Source: Candidatus Eiseniibacteriota bacterium
Lineage (GTDB): Bacteria; Eisenbacteria; RBG-16-71-46; CAVPCR01
NCBI GenBank assembly: GCA_963702435.1
Contig: CAVPCR010000001.1
Span: 96,001 to 160,000, forward strand
Direction of reading: 5' to 3'
Length of the DNA stretch: 64,000 nucleotides
Of this stretch, positions 59,387 through 64,000 are shown piece by piece (the stretch's first letter is position 1; each line of letters opens with the position of its first letter). The translations under genes and the position numbers were made by a program. Below the pieces are notes generated by a model. It saw nothing but the letters and a program-made list of their open reading frames with translations. It ran no database searches and was not told where the DNA came from.

Positions 59387-61317
59387 ATCGGGATAGGGAG
59401 AAGCCTCGCGACTCCTCTCCTCCCACACCACCGCACGTACGGATCACGTATGCGGCGGTTCGGCGGATTCAGTAGTCGGTTCACACCTCGACCAGACCCG
59501 GCAGCCCCAGCGCCGCGAAGTACCGCGCAGGCAGTGCAATCGCGAGGGCTGGGCTCTGACTCAGACGCCACGGCCCGTGAGCCGACTTGGCGGTGTTCCA
59601 AGCCAGATCGCGGGAGATGCCCCGTTTCCGCAGTTCCCGGTATCCCCGGCGGCCCCATTGCTTCCAGTGGTAGCTCCGTAGCCGTCGCCGGATCCACTTG
59701 TCCAGATCGAGAAGCGGTGAGGTCACCTCGGCAAAGCCAAAGTAGCCTCGCCAGCCCGAGATGTACTTCCCGAGCTCCATCACGATCTGACGCATCGTGC
59801 GTCCGCGCGTCCGGCCCGTCAACTCGCGCACCTTCGCCTTGAAGGCCAGCAGAGACTTCGCGCTCACCTTCCGCCGGGGCAACCGGCCGCGGGTAAACGT
59901 GAAGCCGAGGAACTTCCGGTTCGATGGCCGGTCCACCGCGCTCTTGGCCACGTTGACCTTGAGCTTGAGCCGGCGCTCCAGAAAACGGGTTACACTGGCC
60001 ATCACCCGCTCGCCCGCGCGCCGACTCCGCACGTAGATGTTGCTGTCGTCGGCATAGCGCACGAATCGGTGCCCTCGTCTTTCCAGTTCCTTGTCGAGGT
60101 CATCCAGCAGCAGGTTCGCCAGAAGCGGCGAGAGGGGACCGCCTTGCGGTGTCCCTTCCCCTGTCGGTTCCACCACGCCTTCCAGGGTGAACACGCCGGC
60201 TTTCAGGAATCGGTGGATCAGCCGCACCACCCGCCGGTCCCGCACTCGCGCCCGCACCCGGCTCAGCAGGACGTCGTGGTTGACCCGATCGAAGAATCTC
60301 TCCAAATCAAGGTCGGTTACCCACGTGTACCCTTCCCGGATGTACGCCTGCGCTTGCGACACCGCCTGGTGTGCACTGCGACCCGGCCGAAAGCCGTAGC
60401 TCCACTGCGAAAACGTCGGGTCCCATTCCGCTTGCAGCACCTGCAGCAAGGCTTGCTCAACGAACCGATCAAGGACCACCGGTACACCGAGGTTTCGGAT
60501 ACCGCCCCCGGCCTTCGGGATCTCGACTCGCCGTACAGGCTGGGGTTTGTAGGTACCGTCCACCAGGGAGGACCGGATGGCTGACCAATGCGCCTTCAGG
60601 TGGGCCACCAGGCCGTCGACGGTCATCCCGTCGATGCCCGGCGCACCCCGGTTGCGTCTGACCTGGCGGAGCGCGCGCCCGAGATTCTCACTCGTCAACA
60701 CCCGCTCCATGAGGTCTGTCCCTTCCACCGGAGCGTCTTCTCCGCGTGTCCCAGCCGCGGTTTCATCCCCTGGATTCCCCAGGGGCAGCACAAGCTGCCT
60801 GACGGATGCCGTACTGCGACTCAACACGATGGTGACTACTCCTGTCCTTCAATCCCCTCTCGGGGCACCGTTCGGGCCTTCGTCCTGCGGCGTTGCGGTT
60901 CGGCCTATCTGTTGCCCCGCCTTTCGGCGTTGGGGTGCCTCAATAGCTTCGCCTGCCCCAGGCCTACTTTGCCCTCTGCTGACTTCTCCAGGCCGGTCGG
61001 TGCCGGTTACCCGACACCCAGTCCTGGCGGACGACCGGGAGATCTCCCAGGGTAAGACACAGAACATTCCGCGCGTAGACGCCGGATTTATAAAGCACAC
61101 CCCGCTGCGGATGGAGGACTTCGCGGTCACGTGCCCGCTCGTCCCGGGTGTACCACACCTCATATCCGGTTCCTGTTCGTCGCCCCGCGCTTTTGGATTG
61201 GACTTCCTCCAGACCCCACCTCGCGGTGACGCCCTTGTCCTTCTCCTAGCCTTCGGCTCCGCGATTACCTGGCACGGGGATTCCCACCCCGCTCGCTCTG
61301 TGTCATGCCTGGCACAC
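59387..61317 (-). mobile_element. Group IIC intron, full length (1931 nt)
   Basis: 5' GTGTGCCAGGCATG; short domain V GAACCGCCGCATACGTGATCCGTACGTGCGGTGGT with CGC triad; domain VI ending CCCTATCCCGAT. Confidence 0.92.
59481..60827 (-). CDS. ltrA: Group II intron reverse transcriptase/maturase, no endonuclease domain
   Basis: GAPGIDG, SYGFRPGRSAHQA, DLERFFDRV, GTPQGGPLSPLLAN, RYADD, FLGFTF. Confidence 0.96.
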   Translation of the reverse strand: MLSRSTASVRQLVLPLGNPGDETAAGTRGEDAPVEGTDLMERVLTSENLGRALRQVRRNRGAPGIDGMTVDGLVAHLKAHWSAIRSSLVDGTYKPQPVRRVEIPKAGGGIRNLGVPVVLDRFVEQALLQVLQAEWDPTFSQWSYGFRPGRSAHQAVSQAQAYIREGYTWVTDLDLERFFDRVNHDVLLSRVRARVRDRRVVRLIHRFLKAGVFTLEGVVEPTGEGTPQGGPLSPLLANLLLDDLDKELERRGHRFVRYADDSNIYVRSRRAGERVMASVTRFLERRLKLKVNVAKSAVDRPSNRKFLGFTFTRGRLPRRKVSAKSLLAFKAKVRELTGRTRGRTMRQIVMELGKYISGWRGYFGFAEVTSPLLDLDKWIRRRLRSYHWKQWGRRGYRELRKRGISRDLAWNTAKSAHGPWRLSQSPALAIALPARYFAALGLPGLVEV

Positions 61318-61372
61318 ACGCCGCGCATGAGCTGCGCGGCAAAGCCGCGTCGGCTCCATGCGCTTGTTATCG
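61318..61372 (-). other. attC site whose R' core is split by the intron
   Basis: R'' CGATAAC, AAGCG, L'' CATGGAGC, CGACGCGGCTTTGCCGCGCA, L' GCTCATG, CGCGGC, GT|intron|TAGCC. Confidence 0.88.
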
Positions 61373-61458
61373 TCTTCTATCCCTGAGGAAGCCATCATTT
61401 GCTACTCGCCGATCCGCGATGCGCATCAGTGCGTCTCAGGCTCCTCCGGGTACCTGGT

Positions 61459-62527
61459 TCATGTCTCAGTCAGGACTTTCACCACATTGTCGGCAAGGGA
61501 ATCCAGGTTAGAGCCTAGCCGCCATCCAGTGCACCCATTGTGACAGAGGTCCGGATTGCGCAACGAGCGTCGCCGCCGGCTCAGCTTCATGGCAGTGCCC
61601 CCAAAGCACGGGATGAAGCAAGTCCTTAGCCCCTTTGACTCCTCGCTGTTGAGGGCCTCCGCGGCTTGGAACTCCTCCATCGTACCTTCATTGCCACCAA
61701 GTAGCAGGAGCCAGTCCTTGCCGGCCAGGTAGCTCTTCCTGAACTGCAGCACATGCTCCATCCACCTTGCACGGTTGTGCGCATCACCAAGTGCCGCCAA
61801 TCGAACGTCGCGGTCAACAGGGAAGATGCCCGCAATTTCGTAGTCCATGGTACAGCCCGTGATTGGGCATATAGCATCCTGGGCTATCCGCTTCTGCGCT
61901 GTTTGCAGAACCACCATACCTACATCCTTGACCTGCGGACATGCATAACATTGAACCCAGCCGCAAGGAGCTTCAGTGTGAGTGTGCGTGCGAAGACGTT
62001 GAGTTCACGGGGCCCTAACGTCCGGCCCTTCATGTCGTGTGGCCGGTTTCCAGCGATGAAGACCCATCTGCGTCGCGCCCGGCACAAAAGTGCCTGAACC
62101 AGTTTCTTTCGGTCCGAGAACACTTCGTCGACCAACTTCGTTTGCGGTTCTGTTCCTCCGTCCGCCGCCATCCTTCCCCTTGAGCAGATTGATGACTAGA
62201 TTGCGCAGATCATCTTCGGAGTATAGCTTGTAGTGGTATAGGTGGTGCGTGTAGGGAAAGGCAGTGATCTCCCGTTCGTCAATCCCCTCAACATGTGTGA
62301 TGAAGAACTTCAGGCGCAATGCGGCCGCAGCACCCGCTTCAAAGAGTACCCAGCGGCGAGACAACGACTGCCGACTGAACAGTGGGACGAAGGCCCGAGA
62401 CTGTCGGAGTCCCTCGTCGAGGATGCCGCGCTCCCATTCCTGCGGAGTCTCCTTGGGTAGGCTCTTTGGAGCGAAGAACGAGGACAGCTTCGCAGCAGAA
62501 AGCAGCGCACGGAGATCCTCGGCTAGC
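61459..62527 (-). CDS. TIR + SLOG domain protein; 5' end cut by IS1380; two apparent indels (~62170, ~61945)
   Basis: TIR: AFVPLFSRQSLSRRWVLFEAGAA; SLOG: VFIAG...FRKSYL...LLLLGGNEGTMEEF...IPCFGGTA. Confidence 0.75.
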
Positions 62528-64000
62528 CCCAAAACAAGCGCATTTGGCGTAGCGGATCCTATTGCCGTGGCCTGCGGCCGGGCAGCGATCAATAACTGGC
62601 CTCTTTCCTGCCGTCGAAAGCTGCGCTGGCTCGCCGAAGCTCACGCTGAAGAACTCTCTGGCCAAGATTCTCGGCGCTGGTTGGTTCTTTACGGTTGACC
62701 GGCTCGGTATCGACCAATGGCGATCACCCTGCAATCGCAGACACCCGTTTCGGAACGACGCTCGGTGTTACGCCGTCCTACGCTGCTTGAACCAAAGCGA
62801 CCCCTCGAGCAGGACCCGCGCCCACCCGCTCACGGTCAGCAAGCGGTAGATGAGCTGCCGGCCGCTCTCGAGGATCTGGCACGGCAGCAGGATCAGCTCG
62901 TTCAGGAACCGGCGGAACTCGACCCGGCGAATCTCCGCGCCGCCGATCGCCTCGGGCAGGACCAGCCCGAGCCACGCCTTCAGATTCCAAGCCAGGCTGG
63001 CGATCACCATGTACGCCCAGTTTCCCACCAAGTCCCCAACCGGCAAACGCATCGCCTGAACGCCGTTCTTCAGCTGCTCGATCAGGTTCTCCTGGTTGCA
63101 CCGCGCGTTCGCCTCGAACACCACTTGCTCCGGACTCAGCTCGCTCCGCGCTACGTTGGTGACGTAGAAGTGGAATCGTACTTCGTCGAACAGCGGTTCC
63201 CCACCCCGATCCACCGTAATGATCTTCAACAGCGTGATCAGTCGGTACGTCCCCTTGCTCTTTCGCGGTCGGTACTCCATCTCCGTGACGTACTCGATGG
63301 CCAGCCGCTGGTTGAGAAATCCCCGCTCCTTGACCACCGTCGCCTTCACGTTCTCCGGCCGCTCGCGGATCGCCATCTTTCGAGTCCGCCCCCGCCGCAC
63401 CAGCGGCCGCCAGGCTTCCGCCGGCAACGCGTTCGCCCGCTTCACGAGCGTCCGATGCGCATCCAGCCCGAACACGAACTCGACGCCGCCCTCCGTCCAG
63501 CGATCGAACTCTCCCGTCAAGGAGAAGTCGGTGTCGCCACGCAAGCGCACGGCCTCGAATCCCACGCCCTTCGCCCAGGCGACCCCCTTGTCCATCCACT
63601 TCACGGCCCCATCATGCGAGGGGCGATTCGCCGAACGGTTCACTACGTACAGCACCTCTTGGCTGTTCGCCAAGCTCACGACCAGCGGTCCGTATCCCCA
63701 CTTCCCGTTGTAGGAGATGTCCATCCCTTGCTTGCACTCGCCGAGAGTCGGCGCGATCGTGCCGTCGGCATCGATCAACGCCAGCTTCTTCGCACTCCGC
63801 GGGCGCTCCTTCCACACCTCCTGGCGCACCGCGCTCTGCGCATCCATGAGTTGCTCGACCCCCTTCGGATTGAAGCGTCGCAGGAAGTCCCCGGCGGTCG
63901 TGGGATCAGGTATCCGCTCGGCGCCGAGGGCGTCGAGGTAGTTCAGATCCTTGCGCCGCAGTTCCAGATCCTCGAGGCATGTGCCGCCAGTGAGGATGTT
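62528..64000 (-). mobile_element. IS1380-family element (runs off the right edge)
   Basis: Transposase below; probable right end GCGCTTGTTTTGGG next to CTAG. Confidence 0.85.
62768..64000 (-). CDS. IS1380 DDE transposase, partial
   Basis: IPDPTTAGDFLRRF, IDADGT, LRGDTDF, ANARCNQENLIEQLK, NWAYMVIASLAWNLKAW; frame open to the window edge. Confidence 0.93.
   Translation of the reverse strand, partial: NILTGGTCLEDLELRRKDLNYLDALGAERIPDPTTAGDFLRRFNPKGVEQLMDAQSAVRQEVWKERPRSAKKLALIDADGTIAPTLGECKQGMDISYNGKWGYGPLVVSLANSQEVLYVVNRSANRPSHDGAVKWMDKGVAWAKGVGFEAVRLRGDTDFSLTGEFDRWTEGGVEFVFGLDAHRTLVKRANALPAEAWRPLVRRGRTRKMAIRERPENVKATVVKERGFLNQRLAIEYVTEMEYRPRKSKGTYRLITLLKIITVDRGGEPLFDEVRFHFYVTNVARSELSPEQVVFEANARCNQENLIEQLKNGVQAMRLPVGDLVGNWAYMVIASLAWNLKAWLGLVLPEAIGGAEIRRVEFRRFLNELILLPCQILESGRQLIYRLLTVSGWARVLLEGSLWFKQRRTA

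Noticed and set aside
59481..60827. RT as a retron, DGR or defence-associated RT
   Set aside because: Complete group II intron 5' end, domains V and VI and a maturase region are present.

Overview
The window has two parts. (1) About 1-50,200 is a very GC-rich bacterial chromosomal backbone. It carries mreBCD-mrdA, yebC-ruvC-ruvA, an EF-G2 paralog with an in-frame amber codon, uvrC, mutY, an ECF sigma/anti-sigma pair, LytS/LytTR, and four secreted proteins with FlgD-Ig/T9SS-like C-terminal domains, which suggests an FCB-related uncultured lineage (inference). It also has a DRG-like GTPase and an archaeal-type HMG-CoA synthase/thiolase/DUF35 operon headed by a small duplicated-motif protein. 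(2) About 50,400-64,000 is a visibly lower-GC integron-type cassette array on the minus strand, riddled with mobile elements. No integrase is in the window; it would lie beyond the right edge. I identified five attC or attC-like sites by eye. In transcription order the cassettes are: a TIR-SLOG gene cut by IS1380; a Zn-ribbon/membrane-tail unknown; a truncated remnant; a two-gene cassette pairing an HD-domain + HSP90/GHKL-ATPase protein with a canonical acyl carrier protein (best candidate for an undescribed system); a small membrane protein; and a truncated VOC-like gene. A group IIC intron sits in an attC R' core in the sense orientation. A three-level IS481/IS481/IS21 nest splits another attC-like site. 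Many single-base indels, even in mreB, indicate an error-prone assembly, so frameshifts are not taken as evidence of pseudogenes. All calls come from motif recognition without database searches.
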